Origin: Octopus vulgaris
Lineage: Eukaryota
NCBI GenBank assembly: GCA_951406725.2
Contig: OX597831.1
Coordinates: forward strand, 310,001-374,000
DNA length: 64,000 bases
Direction: 5' to 3'
Each line of letters begins with the position of its first letter. The first letter of the stretch is position 1. Positions 1 to 13,655 of this stretch are shown here, piece after piece. The notes beneath the pieces were generated by a model. That model ran no database searches, was not told the DNA's origin, and worked only from the letters and a program-made list of their open reading frames with translations. The position numbers were made by a program, and so were the translations under genes.

Positions 1-1838
1 GCGCTGCGTATATGTGTGTACTATTAGCTTATTTGACTTTCCATTTATCAGATCCATTCACAAGGCTTTGGTCAGCCTAGGGCTATAGAAAACAACACTT
101 GCCCAAGATGCCATGCAGTGAGACTGAATCCAGAACGATGTAGTTGGGAAGCAAATTTCTGACCACACAACCACCCTTTAGTGTGTGTGTGTGTAAAGGT
201 TTGTCACTTAGTTCTTAAGGTGTTACACTTGTGATCTTAAGATGCAGTATGTTCTTGAGCAAAGTTCAAATCCCAACTAAAGGCAACATTGCTTTTCATT
301 TTCTGAGGCTGATAATTAAGTATTGGATTGATATAATTGACTGTCCTCTCCTACACTAGAAATTGTGGCCTTGTACCATAATTTTTATTAATGGTTACAA
401 ATCATCATCATCATCATCGAGTGAGAGAACAATGTATGCCATCAAAGTAATGCTGGGGTACAAATAGATGAAGCCCAGTATACCCATCATGACTACCCGT
501 CTGATAGGGGTACACAGGCTCATGCATTGTAACCATATGTGTGTGACATGGTGACTTCATATCAAGATAATCAGTGCATGAACCTGCAGGTTGTTTAAGG
601 ATGATGAACAAAACAGCCACACTTTCAGTGGTGAATTCTTCAGACCCCAAAGAATTCCACTCAAGACGTGGCTATGCTGCTACTCTACTCCTGCTTGTGA
701 TCAGAGATGCACATATCAGCTGCCAAGGGATATGCTCAAGTGGTCAAAATCAAGCAAGTCTGCGATAGTGAGCAGAGTATATGTTGCATCCATCTTTTAT
801 AAAATCAGTTAAGATGAGAAGACATGAGAGAATTTAGTAAAATAACTTTTGTCATCTGATGTCTGGAGCATAAATTAATATGAATTTTGATGGAAACTTT
901 TAGTTTAGATCACCTTGAAGCTGGAAGTTTGTATTGTGGAACTCGTGTGATCTGTGGTGGGTTGGTTTCAAATGGGTTAAGATGGAATACTGACAGAAAT
1001 GGTTGGCTGAGTACTAAATGTTTCTATTCTATGATGCACTGACTTCAAATCTTATTAGGATTTGTAAAATAAGATGTAACATGTTGGTGTGGCTCTATGG
1101 TTAAGAAGCTAATTTCTCAATATGTGGTTGTAGGTTCAATTCCACTGCAGCACCTGGAGAAAGTGTTTTCTATAGTCACAGGCTGAGCAAGTTCTTGAAA
1201 GTGGATACATGTATGAGTGTGTGTGTGTGTGTATGAATGAATAAAACAAACAATACAAATGTGCATTGTGACCAGCAACGTGTCACATCTGATAGCTTGG
1301 TCAGTCACTTGATACACGCACACACCAATGTATGTGTTGATGCACCTCATGTACCCGTGTGTTGATATGGTTGTAAGTGAGCATCACCATTATACAAGCA
1401 GTGTTGTTTGTTTCTAGTTGTTTGTGAAAAACATGTCTGGCTGTGGAGGAAATATTACCCTGCTTGGAAACAAGTGAGGGCGGGCAACAAGAAGGGCATC
1501 TGAATGTAGAAAAATTTATTATAAATTCTGTCTGATCCATGCAAGCATGAAAAAGTGAACGTTAAATGATGCTGCTGTCATGACACTGAAGAATTAGGTC
1601 TTTCAGTTTGTTTGTAATATTTCTGGCACTAGTTCTTGTCTTTTCACATCTTCCTTTAATGGTAGTTATAGTCTTGTCAGGTAAACAAGATTGTTTTTAT
1701 GTAATAGACAATACAGACATTGTGAGGTGAGTACCATTGTCTTATTTTTAGCCAATACTTGTTATTTTAGAGAATAGCTCTTTCCAAATGCCAACCACTA
1801 TACTGAATTCTGAAAACAAAGTGGTATGTATACTTTAA

Positions 1839-2282
1839 CCCTTTCGTTACCAACTCGGCTGGAACCGGTTCTGTCTCTGTAGTACAAATATCTTGTTTTC
1901 ATAAGTTTTGAATTAAAATCTCCCACCAAACCATAGTCACAATTTATGTTCCTAACACCAGCTTAACCCTTTAGCATTCAGATTATTCTGTCAAATATAA
2001 TATTTATTCATCCATATTGTTTTAAGCTAATCATGCATTATTTCGTAGCTTTTAGATTTCGATGATGTTATCACCTGTTTTTAGATTGACATTATAGGTT
2101 GGTGTGAGATACCAAATCTGGGCAGTTTTAACAGAAAACAGGTAGATTATTTGGGCCGGATATGGCCGGTTTAAACACTAAAGGGTTAATGATAACTAAG
2201 TTATTTTACTAAATTCTTTGTTATATTTAAAGTAATTGAAAGAAATACAGAGTATCTCAAAATAAATGCAGTAACAAAAAGG
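1839..2282. mobile_element. Nested piggyBac-type MITEs: family A (1967-2185) inside family B
   Basis: Outer element TTAA|CCCTTTCGTTAC...GTAACAAAAAGG|TTAA. Inner element TTAA|CCCTTTAG...CTAAAGGG|TTAA. Removing the inner element restores the family B sequence seen at 17041-17260 and 45001-45221. Confidence 0.85.
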
Positions 2283-2903
2283 TTAAATAAACAGTTAGTT
2301 AATCTGTTAAGCTAGGTGGGGGTATCAAAACTCACTTAGGACCAGATTGAAGTGGAAAGTAGATCTTTATTGGTTGAATAAGAACACTTTCCCCTCATCA
2401 TCATCATCATCATCATCGTTTAACGTCTGTTGTCCTTACTGGCATAGGTTGGACAGTTTGACCAGAGCTGGCAAGTTAGGGAGCTGCATCAGACTCCCAC
2501 TCTGATTTGGCATGGTTTTCGTGGCTGGATGCCTTTCTTAACGCCAACCACTTTACAGTGTGCTGGGTGCTTTTATGTGGCACTACAGGGTACTGCATGG
2601 GTGCTTTTACATGGTACTGCCATGAGTGCTTTACATTACCACAGAAGAAGGATCAGTCTTAACACTTCCCCTAAAAACAAATTCAAAGATATCGATATAC
2701 GATATTACAGTTTTATTTAAAAAAAAGAAAGGAAAAATTATGAGGTGTCAGCAAACTTTGTGTGCGTAGATATATGGGGGAAAAATTCATCTATATGGTA
2801 CATGTACAGTTCTATTATGTAAATTTCCTTAGAGTAAGAAGAGGGATAGAAGTTGTCCAAATGAATGTATACACTTCTTGAGAAAAACCTATAACCATCA
2901 AAA

Positions 2904-3341
2904 TCAAACCAAGTCAAAATAGATGAACATCAATGGAATTTGTATCATTGTGGTACCAGTGCCGGTGGCACATAAGAAAGCCATCCGAACGTGGCCGTAG
3001 CCAGTACCGCATCGACTGGCCTCCATGCTGTGGGCACGTAACAAACACCATCCGATCGTGGCCGTTCGCCAGCCTCGTCTGGCACCTGTGTCGGTGGCAC
3101 ATAAAAAACACCATCCGAGCGTGGCCGTTCGCCAGCCTCGTCTGGCACCTGTGTCGGTAGCACGTAAAATCACCCACTACACTCTCGGGGTGGTTGGCGT
3201 TAGGAAGGGCATCCAGCTGTAGAAACACTGCCAGATCTGACTGGCCTGGTGCAGCCTTCGGGCTCCCCAGACCCCAGTTGAACCGTCCAACCAATGCTAG
3301 CATGGAAAGCGGACGTTAAACAATGATGATGATGATGATGA
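2904..3341 (+). mobile_element. 5'-truncated RTE-clade LINE 3'UTR with internal repeats and (GAT)n tail
   Basis: Its 3' part matches the sequence downstream of the RTE ORF at 37569-37762. Close copies at 8703-8935 and 9775-10146; related + strand copies at 5880-6133, 11213-11430, 13167-13436, 38626-38853, 42706-42902. Confidence 0.8.
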
Positions 3342-3961
3342 ATGCTAGGTAGCTTAGTCTGTTTTCAGCTGCAAATATTTTCAACATTGTTCATTTCACT
3401 GGAATTTATTGTGACAAGCAAATGCATCAATTTGAAAGAAAATAAAAATGAAACAGAAAAGCTTCCATTTGGCTTGTCCTGTACAAAGTGAAAGGGAAAT
3501 AGGTCATATCTTTTAGCGTTTGGATGCATGAGCTGCCTTTTCATTGATTGAAATAACAAGATTTCTAATGTGCACTGATTTGACTTATTGGAACTAGGGT
3601 TAATCCAAAAAATATGCTAGTGATAAGTGATATGTTTTAACCCTTTAACATTTAGATTATTCTGTCAAATGCATTGCTTTATTTTGAATTAATTCTGTAT
3701 TATCTTATAGCTTTGAGATTTAAATGATTTGATTGTTTATTTTTAGAATGGCATTGTAGGTGAAGTTTGAGAGGCCAGGTCTGGTCAGTTTGAACACAAA
3801 ACAGGTCAGATATTTAGATCGGTTTAAATTCTAAAGAGTTAATCATCATCATCATCATCATCGTTTAACGTCCGTTTTCCATGCTAGCATGGGTTGGACG
3901 GATCAACTGGGGTCTGGGAAGCCAGAAGGCTGCGAAAATTAAGGAAATTGACCCAGAGGAG

Positions 3962-4295
3962 AAGGAGACCCCCTTCGGTCATGAATAACCATGGGATTGC
4001 ACCTAGAAAGTTAACCTCCGTGGCACAAGTCTGGGCAAAGTTGTTTATGGAAAGCTAGCAGTCGCTTATGCATACCAGCCTCCGCTCTCCACACCACTGA
4101 TGTTATCCAAGGGAAAAGCAAAGGCCAATACAGCTCGGCACCAGTGATGTCGCAACTCATTTCTACAGCTGAATGAACTGGAGCAACGTGAAGTAAAGTA
4201 TCTTGCTCAAGAACACAGCATACAGCCTGGTCCGGGAATCGAACTCACAACTTTACGCTCGTAAGCTCGACGCTCTAACCACTGAGCCACACGCC
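3962..4295 (-). mobile_element. tRNA-derived SINE (CTTGAGCAAGACACTT family)
   Basis: Reverse strand reads A box TGGCTCAGTGG and B box GTTCGATTCC. The body matches 29303-29628 and 43845-44175. Confidence 0.8.
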
Positions 4296-4399
4296 TTAAC
4301 CTACCTCTTGTATGGTATTTTACCTATGAAAAGAACTTGGCTCAAATCTGCATGTCAACCGGGCAATTGCACCTTTTCCGTACATCTGCCTACAATATT

Positions 4400-5178
4400 C
4401 TTTTCTACCGTAGGCACAAGGCTTGAAATTTTGGGGGAGGGAGTATGCAACTGGTACTTAATTTATTGACCCCTGAAAGGATGAAAGGCAAAGTCAACTT
4501 CGGCAGAATTTGAACTCAGAACGTAAAGACAGACGAAATCTAGCTAAGCATTTCGCCGGGTGTGCTAACATTTCTGCCAGCTCGCCGCCTTTAAATAAAT
4601 TTTTAGGGAGGGAGCCAGTCGATTAGATCGACCACCAGTATGCAACTGGTACTTAATTTATTGACCCCTGGAAGGATGAAAGGCAAAGTCAACTTTGGCA
4701 GAATTTGAACTCAGAATGTAAAGACAGACGAAATCTAGCTAAGCATTTCGCCGGGTGTGCTAACATTTCTGCCAGCTCGCCGCCTTTAAATAAATTTTTA
4801 GGGAGGGAGCCAGTCGATTAGATCGACCACCAGTATGCAACTGGTACTTAATTTATTGACCCCTGGAAGGATGAAAGGCAAAGTCAACTTTGGCAGAATT
4901 TGAACTCAGAATGTAAAGACAGACGAAATCTAGCTAAGCATTTCGCTGGGTGTGCTAACATTTCTGCCAGCTCGCTGCCTTTAAATAAATTTTTAGGGAG
5001 GGAGCCAGTTGATTAGATCGACCACCAGTATGCAACTGGTACTTAATTTATCGACCCCTGGAAGGATGAAAGGCAAAGCCGATCTTGGTGGAATTTGAAC
5101 TCAGAATGTAAAAACAGATGAAGTCCAGCTAGGCATTTCGCCTGGCATGCTAATGTTTCTGATAGCTTGCCACCATAA
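4400..5178 (-). mobile_element. Head-to-tail tetramer of a tRNA-derived SINE, 195-bp period
   Basis: GTATGCAACTGGTACTTAATTTA recurs at 4443, 4638, 4833 and 5028. Flanked by a direct repeat CTGCCTACAAYATT (4386-4399 and 5179-5192). Confidence 0.85.
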
Positions 5179-7233
5179 CTGCCTACAACATTGAACTATA
5201 TCTTCACATGGTGCCTTTGAATTCAGTACTGCATGACAGTGTAACACTTGGCAGCTGTACAGCATTCTTTCCTGCCTATTTAACTGCATATTTTTCTTAA
5301 GGAAGACAGAAGGCAATACTTAATAGTTGAGCTGCAGCCCAGTACCTGGAGCCTTTTGTTATTTAGCCCTAGGTTAGCTCTGACCAAGGAAAGCCATTAA
5401 AAAGAGTACTTTGGCTTTCATCATCCTCATCTTTCTGTACTATATTACTCAATGAATTCTCTATTAACCCTTTTGATACCAACTTAGGGTGTTTTGAGAC
5501 CACCCCTAGTTCTATGACATAAACTTCCTGTTTTAAAGTGATCTAAATTAAAATCTTTTATTAAAATTTTTCATATTTATGTTCTAGACACCAGCTTAAT
5601 AAGTTATTGATTAAATTCTTCATTGATTTCAAAATTGAAACAAAGACAGTGTCTTCCAAAAAACTATGGTAACAAATGGCTAGTATAGAGGTAGTATAGT
5701 CTGATTTGAAGAAGATTTGGTTGTTAATCTAGCTGGTTGATGGTAACCAGTAATAGTGAAATCATATCCCTAGAAAGATTGTGCTAAGTTTTCCATAGAT
5801 TAGGGGTTTCTACGACACTGGCTGGAAACTAAATATTACATCTGTTGAGAATGCAGCTTCTGTATCTCTTTTGTCCTTCCTGGCCCCGTGCCGGTGACAC
5901 GTAAAAGCACCATCCGTTCGTGGCCGTTTGCCAGCTCTGTCTGGCACCTGTGCGGGTGGCACGTAAAAAGCACCCACTACACTCATGGAGTGGTTGGCGT
6001 TAGGAAGGGCATCCAGCCGTAGAAACACTGCCAGATTTGACTGGGCCTGATGAAGCCTTCCGGCTTCACAGACCCCAGTTGAACCGTCCAACCCATGCTA
6101 GCATGGAGAACGGACGCTAAATGATGATGATGAACTTGTAGCTATGGTCACATCTCAAGTTGTTTTAGCAGATCTTGACTTATCCATTTCGGTGGACATG
6201 GTGCATATGTATGTGTGCAGGCTTGTAGCCTAGCAGTTAGAGTATTTGGCTTGCAGTCATGTCCTGAGTTCAACACCTGGACTTGGCAGTGCATTGTGTC
6301 CTTGAGCAAGACACTTGATTCCATGTTGCTTTAAGCCTACTAAGCTGAAAATGAATACTGACTGAGTGCTGGTGCAGCCCTCTCTCCCTCCTTGAATGCG
6401 CTGCTAAGTCAAGGTGTTGAGAAGCTGTCTATATTTGTTTGCACCTGGAACAGTTAGCAAAAGTATGGTACCTGTAACCAAGCCATACCCATTCACAAGT
6501 GATAACTGGCTTTTTATTGAAAAAAATTATCTAGTATTCCTAGGGGCTCACCAGTTCATAGGGACACGATCAGCTCACTTAGAATAAGGAACCCAAAGCC
6601 AGAAGGTTGAATGTCAGTATGGTTAATCAATAAAGGTGAATCTAACAAAAACTTTATACGTTTTATTTTACCCAGAAGCTCTTCAGAGACTAGCAGCCCT
6701 CAGGTGAAACATAATACATATTTTGTTGGACTTCATGGCTCTGGATAAAAAAGCATAGGGCATGGTTGTGTGGTTGAGAGATTTGCTTCCCAACAACATG
6801 ATTTTGGGCTCAGTCTCACTGCATAGGACCTTTGGCAAGTGCCTTCTACTCTGGTGCTGGGTTGACCAATGTCTTGTGAGTGAATTTGGTAGACAGAAAA
6901 TGAAAGAAACCTGTTATATACCCACATAAGTGTAACATTATATGTATGTATGTGTGTGTGTGTATGTCTGTGCATATTAGTGTCTTCCTATTTTGACATC
7001 TCATGGTAGTTGTAGATGAGTGTCACTGTCATACAAGCGGTGCCTTTCATTTCCAGTCTTCTGCGAAAACTTGTCTGGCTTAATGAAACATTACCTTGCT
7101 TGAAAACAGGTGAGCGTTGATGACAGGAAAGATATCTGGCTATGGAAAATGTTTCAGCAAATTCCGATTCATGAAAGCCTGAAAAAGTGGACAATGAATT
7201 GGCGATATGTATTCATCCTTGCTACTGTTTTAA

Positions 7234-7539
7234 CCCCTTACCCGGCAGAAACGAATATATTCGTTTTGACCGAAATCGTTTTTTTCTATCTCTGGCGAGT
7301 TAACTCGTCAAAAGATAGACTCGCCAAAATCGACAGCAAACGAGTTCCTTCGTCTAAAAACGGGTTAACTCGTTTCTGCCCAAAGCGGTAATTTAAAATC
7401 AATATTATTGAATTAAAATTCATAATAAATAAGATTTGAAATATGCCTCGAAATCACCATTCAAAACATAGTAAAATAAAACAATTAAAAAATGTCTGAA
7501 AAAATACATTTATTTTCAAAATAATTGTTGGGTAAGGGG
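7234..7539. mobile_element. piggyBac-type MITE, third family
   Basis: TTAA|CCCCTTACCC ... GGGTAAGGGG|TTAA: perfect 10-bp TIRs and TTAA on both sides. Confidence 0.75.
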
Positions 7540-8445
7540 TTAAAAATCTGTTTTACCATTACCATGTCAACATGTTGGGTAAATCTGTTGTACAAGCATA
7601 TCATTGCTCTTATCTCAGTTCGTCTGTGAGGCTCAGCATCTTCAGATATGACCTTACTACTCACATGTAACACAGATGGTCTCACTCAGCTATAGGTACA
7701 TGTTACAGTCAGTAAACTGCATGTTTTCATGTAGCATTTCATCGTTTATAACCCATGGCTATGTCATTATAACTGACTTTTGCATATATTCACCATAGGC
7801 GTTGCTGTATGGTTGAGAAGCTTGGTTCCTAACCATGTGGTCTTGGGTTCAGTCCCCTTGTGTGCTGCCTTGGACAAGTATCTTTTTCTACAGCTCTGGG
7901 CCAATTAACATCTTGAAAGTGGATATAGTAGACAGAAACTGATAAAAGCTTGTGGTGTGTGAGTGCATGTAGTCTGTATTGGTGCAAACTTTTCTCAGGC
8001 AAACTCCATATTGTCTCTTTAATAGTGATCCTATACTGTAATCTTTAACTTTTAGGGAATTTATGTATGATTCTAACACTTTAGCCTCCTCTTCCTTTGC
8101 AAAGATTTAAGGGACAGAATGTTTGTCAAAACATAAGGAGGAGACTGATGTTAATGTAGTCCCTCTTGGTTAAAGTATGAAGCCAAATGGAAGCAAATAT
8201 AAAAATCAGTCTGACTGGTGACATGTTCTAACCTTTCACCTTCCTTAATTTAGGCTGATTTGGAATGTTTGCACTGTAGGAATGTTGTAAAAGGGTTCAG
8301 CCCCCCCCCCCCCTGTTTCTGCTATATAACTTCCTTGGTGAATAATACTGATTTCCAGTCCACTCTCAAAACAATTTTTTTTTATGGGATGGTGGGAAGG
8401 TGTAAGAAGGGTAGAAAACGTTTGATCATGATAATTAGCTTTGTT

Positions 8446-8477
<32 letters not shown>

Positions 8478-9215
8478 TATAGTAATTTTGGCACAAGGCA
8501 AGCTGTTCTGAGGTGAGGAGCAGTAATTCAATTACATCAACCCCAGTGTTCAACTGGTACTTATTTCATTGACCCTGATAGTATGAAAGGTGAAGTTGAC
8601 CCTGGTAGCATTTGAACTCAGAACATAAAAGACAGGTGGAATGCTGATAAGCATTTTGTCTGGTGTTCTAATGATTCTGCCAGCATTCTGCTTTTAATAT
8701 TAAATGGCACATAAAAAACACCATCCGAGCGTGGCCGTTCGCCAGCCTCGTCTGGCACCTGTGTCGGTGGCACATAAAATCACCCACTACACTCTCGGAG
8801 TGGTTGGCGTTAGGAAGGGCATCCAGCTGTAGAAACACTGACTGGCCTGGTGCAGCCTTCGGGCTCCCCAGACCCCAGTTGAACCATCCAACCCATGCTA
8901 GCATGGAAAGCGGATGTTAAACGATGATGATGATGTAACAATGGTAGTGAGCTGGAAGAATCATTAAGTACACCTGACAAAATGCTTTGTGACATTTCAT
9001 CTGAGTTCAAATTCCTCCAAAGTCAGCTTTGCCTTTCATTTTTAAGGTGTCAATGAAATAAGTACCAGTTGTGCACTGGCATTGATGCAATTTACTTAAA
9101 CTCTCTCTTGAACTTGCAGGCCTTGTGCCAAAATTTGAAACCAGTATTAAGTGTAACATGATGATAAACTACTTGTTAGCCAAATTCACAATGATAGTAA
9201 TAATTTTTCTACTAT

Positions 9216-9584
9216 AGGCACAGGAGTGGCTGTGTGGTAAGTAGCTTGCTTACCAACCACATAGTTCTGGGTTCAGTCCCACTGCATGGCACCTTGGGCA
9301 AGTGTCTTCTACTATAGCCTTGGGCTGACCAAAGCCTTGTGAATGGATTTGGTAGACGGCAACTGAAAGAAGTTCGTCGTATATATGTATATGTGTGTGT
9401 TTGTGTTTGTCCCCCCCCTCCCACATCGCTTGACAACCAGTGTGTTTACGTTCCCGTAACTTAGTGTTTCGGCAAAAGAGACCGATAGAATAAGTACTAG
9501 GTTTACAAAGAATAAGTCCTAAAGGCGGTGCTCCAGCATGGCCGAAGTCAAATGACTGAAACAAGTAAAAGAGTAAAGAGAGTA
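9216..9584 (+). mobile_element. tRNA-derived CORE-like SINE with internal (TA)/(TG) tract and GTAAAAGA tail
   Basis: A box TGGCTGTGTGG, B box GGTTCAGTCCC, CORE-like ACCTTGGGCAAGT. Same family as 41408-41828. Confidence 0.85.
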
Positions 9585-12299
9585 TAACCACGAAGCCTGA
9601 AATTTTTGCAGGAGTGAGCTAGTCGATTTCATTGACCTCGAAACGATGAAAGGCAAAGATAACCTCAATGGTATTTGGACCCAGAACATAAAAATGGATG
9701 AAATGCTGCTAAGCATTTCATCTGGCGTGTTAATGTTTCTGCCAGCTTGCCATCTTAAAAGTAATAATAATAATTAAAACAAATCAAAATAGATGAACAT
9801 CAATGGAATTTGTATCTTTGTGGTACCAGTGCCGGTGGCACACAAGAAAACCATCCGAACGTGGCCGTAGCCAGTACCGCATCGACTGGCCTCCGTGCTG
9901 TGGGTACGTAACAAACACCATCCGAGCGTGGCTGTCTGCCAGCCTCGTCTGGCACCTGTGTCGGTGGCACATAAAATCACCCACTACACTCTCGGAGTGG
10001 TTGGCGTTAGGAAGGGCATCCAGCTGTAGAAACACTGCCAGATCTGACTGGCCTGGTGCAGCCTTCGGGCTCCCCAGACCCCAGTTGAACCGTCCAACCC
10101 ATGCTAGCATGGAAAGCGGACGTTAAACGATGATGATGATGATGATATTGATTCCTGGAAAAATGAAAGGCAAAGTTGACGTTGATGGGATTTGAACTCT
10201 TAGTAGAAAAATTGTAACAAAATATGCCACAGCATTTTATCCAGTGCTCAAACAAAACTGTCAGTTCAGTTCATCATGATACTTTAGTTGGTGTTGAGAA
10301 TTCAAATTATAGTTATTCTCTCGTGGTGGTGGTGGGGGGGGATAAGATGCTGTCTTGAAGAAGAAACTAACCAGCATCATTTGCTATTTAGAAGTATATC
10401 TCAATCATGTGCATGATCAAATCTGTTCCAACTGTGACCATCTCATTTCTTTACCATTGGATGTAACACATCTTGGACTGCATTATTTAATGTGCTTTTT
10501 TTTTTTTGTTTTTAAGATATTAGGGTGTGATCCTAAGAAGTTAGGTTGCTATTTCTAACAGTCTGAGTAGCCATGTAGCAGTTACTTGTTTTCTATGAGC
10601 CATTAGGGTTAACCATGACAATGAAAGCTTTAGAGAGCTTTGAGCTATGAAACATTTTGATTGATCTTTCATTTCTAAACCTGGTTTTGGCAATGTATTA
10701 GTGCTATTACAGCAGGCTGGGTGGAAGCTCTTCTTAAGCCTTAATTTTTGGACTGCATGTCTCTCAATTAGCAATGCCTTTCCACAACTTGAAACTTCAT
10801 ATACACTGAACTGCAAAAGAAACGCAAGATGTGTGACTGAAATATGTTTTAATTTCATTTTGTCAAAGATAAATTTTGATAAATCTGATAAAGTCAATTT
10901 CTTGGATGCAATTTGGGTCTCAGCCATAAACCAGCATGTCTTGGAATATGTACACTTACATCCCTAAAATAAATTTTCAGAATTTACCATATAAAATGAC
11001 ATTTAAAAAAATCATGTTTCTTTTGTGTAGATTACTGAATTTATGTATGTGTTAGGAGGGAAGGCAGTGCCCATGGATTTCTACAACTAGAATTATGTAT
11101 ATTGTTATATTTGTAATGGACAATACCAATAGCAAACCAGACAACTTCCATAATCTTCTGTTCATACAATTTCAGTTTGGGAAAGTGTTTCATTATGATC
11201 AAGCCATTGATTACCAGCGCCGGTGGCACATAAGAGAACCATTCGAATGTGGCCGTAGCCAGCACCGCATCGCCTGGCCTCCGTCCCGGTGGCTTGTAAA
11301 AAGCACCCACTACACTCACAGAGTGGTTGGCGTTAGGAAGGGCATCCAGCTGTAGAAACACTGCCAGATCTGACTGGGCCGTCCAACCCATGCTAGCATG
11401 GAAAGCGGATGTTAAACGATGATGATGATGTGTGGCTGGTTACCATAGTACCAGTCTAACGTTTCATCGTCTGTCACAAGATTGCCCCCTCCCCTCTCAA
11501 AGGATCTTTGTCTTGCAATTTACATTGGTGAACCTGCCAGTGCTGGTGCCATATAAAATGCATCCAGCTGAACATTGTACTGCAGTCTTCATGATAATAT
11601 GTGATGACTAATTTTCTTTTTTTTAAAAACCAAAATTTCTGAATGTATTTAAAAAATTGGGTGATTAAGATCAACAGATATCACTTTTTTAACAATTTCA
11701 ATACTAATTTGGTAGTAGCTGTATGGTTAAGAAGTTTGTTTCACAACTATGTGGATTTTAATTTCAATCAACCCTTCTCTATGACAACTTGAGTGGCCTC
11801 TCTTCATTATGTTGTGAGTTAAATTTGGTAGATGGAAATTGAGTATAGGTCTGTCAGTGGAGCAGTCATGTATTTGAGTGGTAGTCTTAATCTATCACCA
11901 TGTTCAACTTCACCTTCTTCTGGCTCTTGGCTACTTTTAATGAGTGATGTAAAATATTTGGATCAGAATCTAAACAGCTGAAACAAATATGGTAAAGCAT
12001 TTTTCTTCTGATGCTCTAATGAATCTGCTAATCCAGTGCCTTAACCCTTTAGTGTTCTGATTATTCTATCAAACATAATGCTTATTGATTCCCATTGATT
12101 TGAATTAATCATGCATTATCTCATATCTTCAAGATCTTGATGGTGTAATTACTTAATGTAGAATAACATTGTAGGGTAGGTGTGAGGGCCTGGATCTGGT
12201 TATGTTTGAACATAAAACAGGTTAACTATTTTGGCCGGATATGGCCGGTTTAAATACTAAAGCCTTAAAAAATAATAAAAAGAAAAGAATTATTTTAGC

Positions 12300-13655
12300 T
12301 GGGAATTCTTTAGGAGGAGGAAGTTGATTGCATTGATCCCTGTACTTGACTGGAACTTATTTTATTGATACCGAAAAGATGAAAGGTATGGTCAACCTCA
12401 GTGGAATTTGAACTCCAGATGTAAAGATGGATGAAATGATACTAAGCATTTTGTCCAGTATGTTAATGATCCTGCTAGCTCAAATCTTTCTACTGTTGGC
12501 AAAAAGCCTGAAGTTTGGGTCGAGGGGTTTTAGTCAAATTATATTGACCTCAGTGATGACTTGGTTACTTATTGTATTGACCCTGAAAGGATGAAAGGCA
12601 AAGTTGCCCCCCAGCAGAATTTGAACTCAGAACGTAAAGATGGTTGAAATGCTGCTAGGCATATTGCCTGACGTGCTAACGATTCTGCCAGCTACCCACC
12701 TTAATAATAATAATAATAATAATCCTCCTTTGTCTAGAGGCACAAGGCCTGAAATGTTGTGGAGGGGGAAGGGGCTGGTTGATTACATTGACTCCACTGC
12801 TCAACTGCTACTTATTTTATTGTCAGAAGGGGTTGAAAGGTAAAGTTGGCCTTGGCAGAATTTGTACTCAGAATGTATTGATGGACGAAACGTCGCTAAG
12901 CAAATTGTCCGGCTTGCTAACTGCTGTGATAGTAATAATCCTTTCTAATATAGGCACAAAGCCTGAAATTTTGTAAGAAGGGGTAAGTTGATTACATTGA
13001 TCCCCAGTACACAACTGGTACTTATTTTATCAACCCAGAAGAAATAAGAGGCAAAGTCAACCTCAGTGGAATTTAGACTCAGAATGTGAAGATGGATGAA
13101 ATGCACGCTTAGCATTTTACCTGGCATGCTAACTATTCTGCCTACTTGAATAATAATAATAATAATCACATCCGATCGTGGCCGTTGCCAGCCTGGCCTG
13201 GCCTCCGTGCCGGTGGCACGTAAAAAGCACCATCCGACCGTGGTCGTTTGCCAGCCTCGTCTGGCACGTAAAAAGCACCCACTACACTCATGGAGTGGTT
13301 GGCGTTAGGAAGGGCATCCAGCCGTAGAAACATTGCCAGATCAGACTGGGCCTGGTGCAGCCTTCTGGCTTCCCAGACCCCAGTTGAACCGTCCAACCCA
13401 TGCCAGCATGGAAAGTGGACGCTAAACGATGATGAATAATTATAATAATCCTTTCTACTATAGGCACAAGGCCTGGGATTGGGGGAGGGGCGGTTAAGTC
13501 GATTACATTAACCCCAGTACTCATCTGGTACTTAATTTATCAACCCTGAAAGGCAAAAATCAACCTTAGCAGTATTTGAATTCAGAACATAAAGATGTAC
13601 CAAAAGCTGCTAAGCATTTTGCCCGGCGTACTAACAATTCTACCAGCTTGCTGCC
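12300..13655 (-). mobile_element. Cluster of five or more diverged SINEs (GCCTTTCATCCTTTCGGGGTCGATAA family) with one RTE tail at 13167-13436
   Basis: Repeated TTGACCCYGAAAGGATGAAAGGCAAAGT...GAATTTGAACTCAGAA blocks separated by (AAT)n. Confidence 0.75.

Noticed and set aside
2904-3303. Recurrent ORFs such as LDALPNANHS, RLPNPLTR and AVGLNPEP
   Set aside because: Chance frames in LINE 3'UTR and SINE copies; frames and lengths differ between copies.
10541-10967. 128-aa minus-strand ORF and overlapping plus-strand ORF
   Set aside because: No recognisable motif or splice context; length is compatible with chance.
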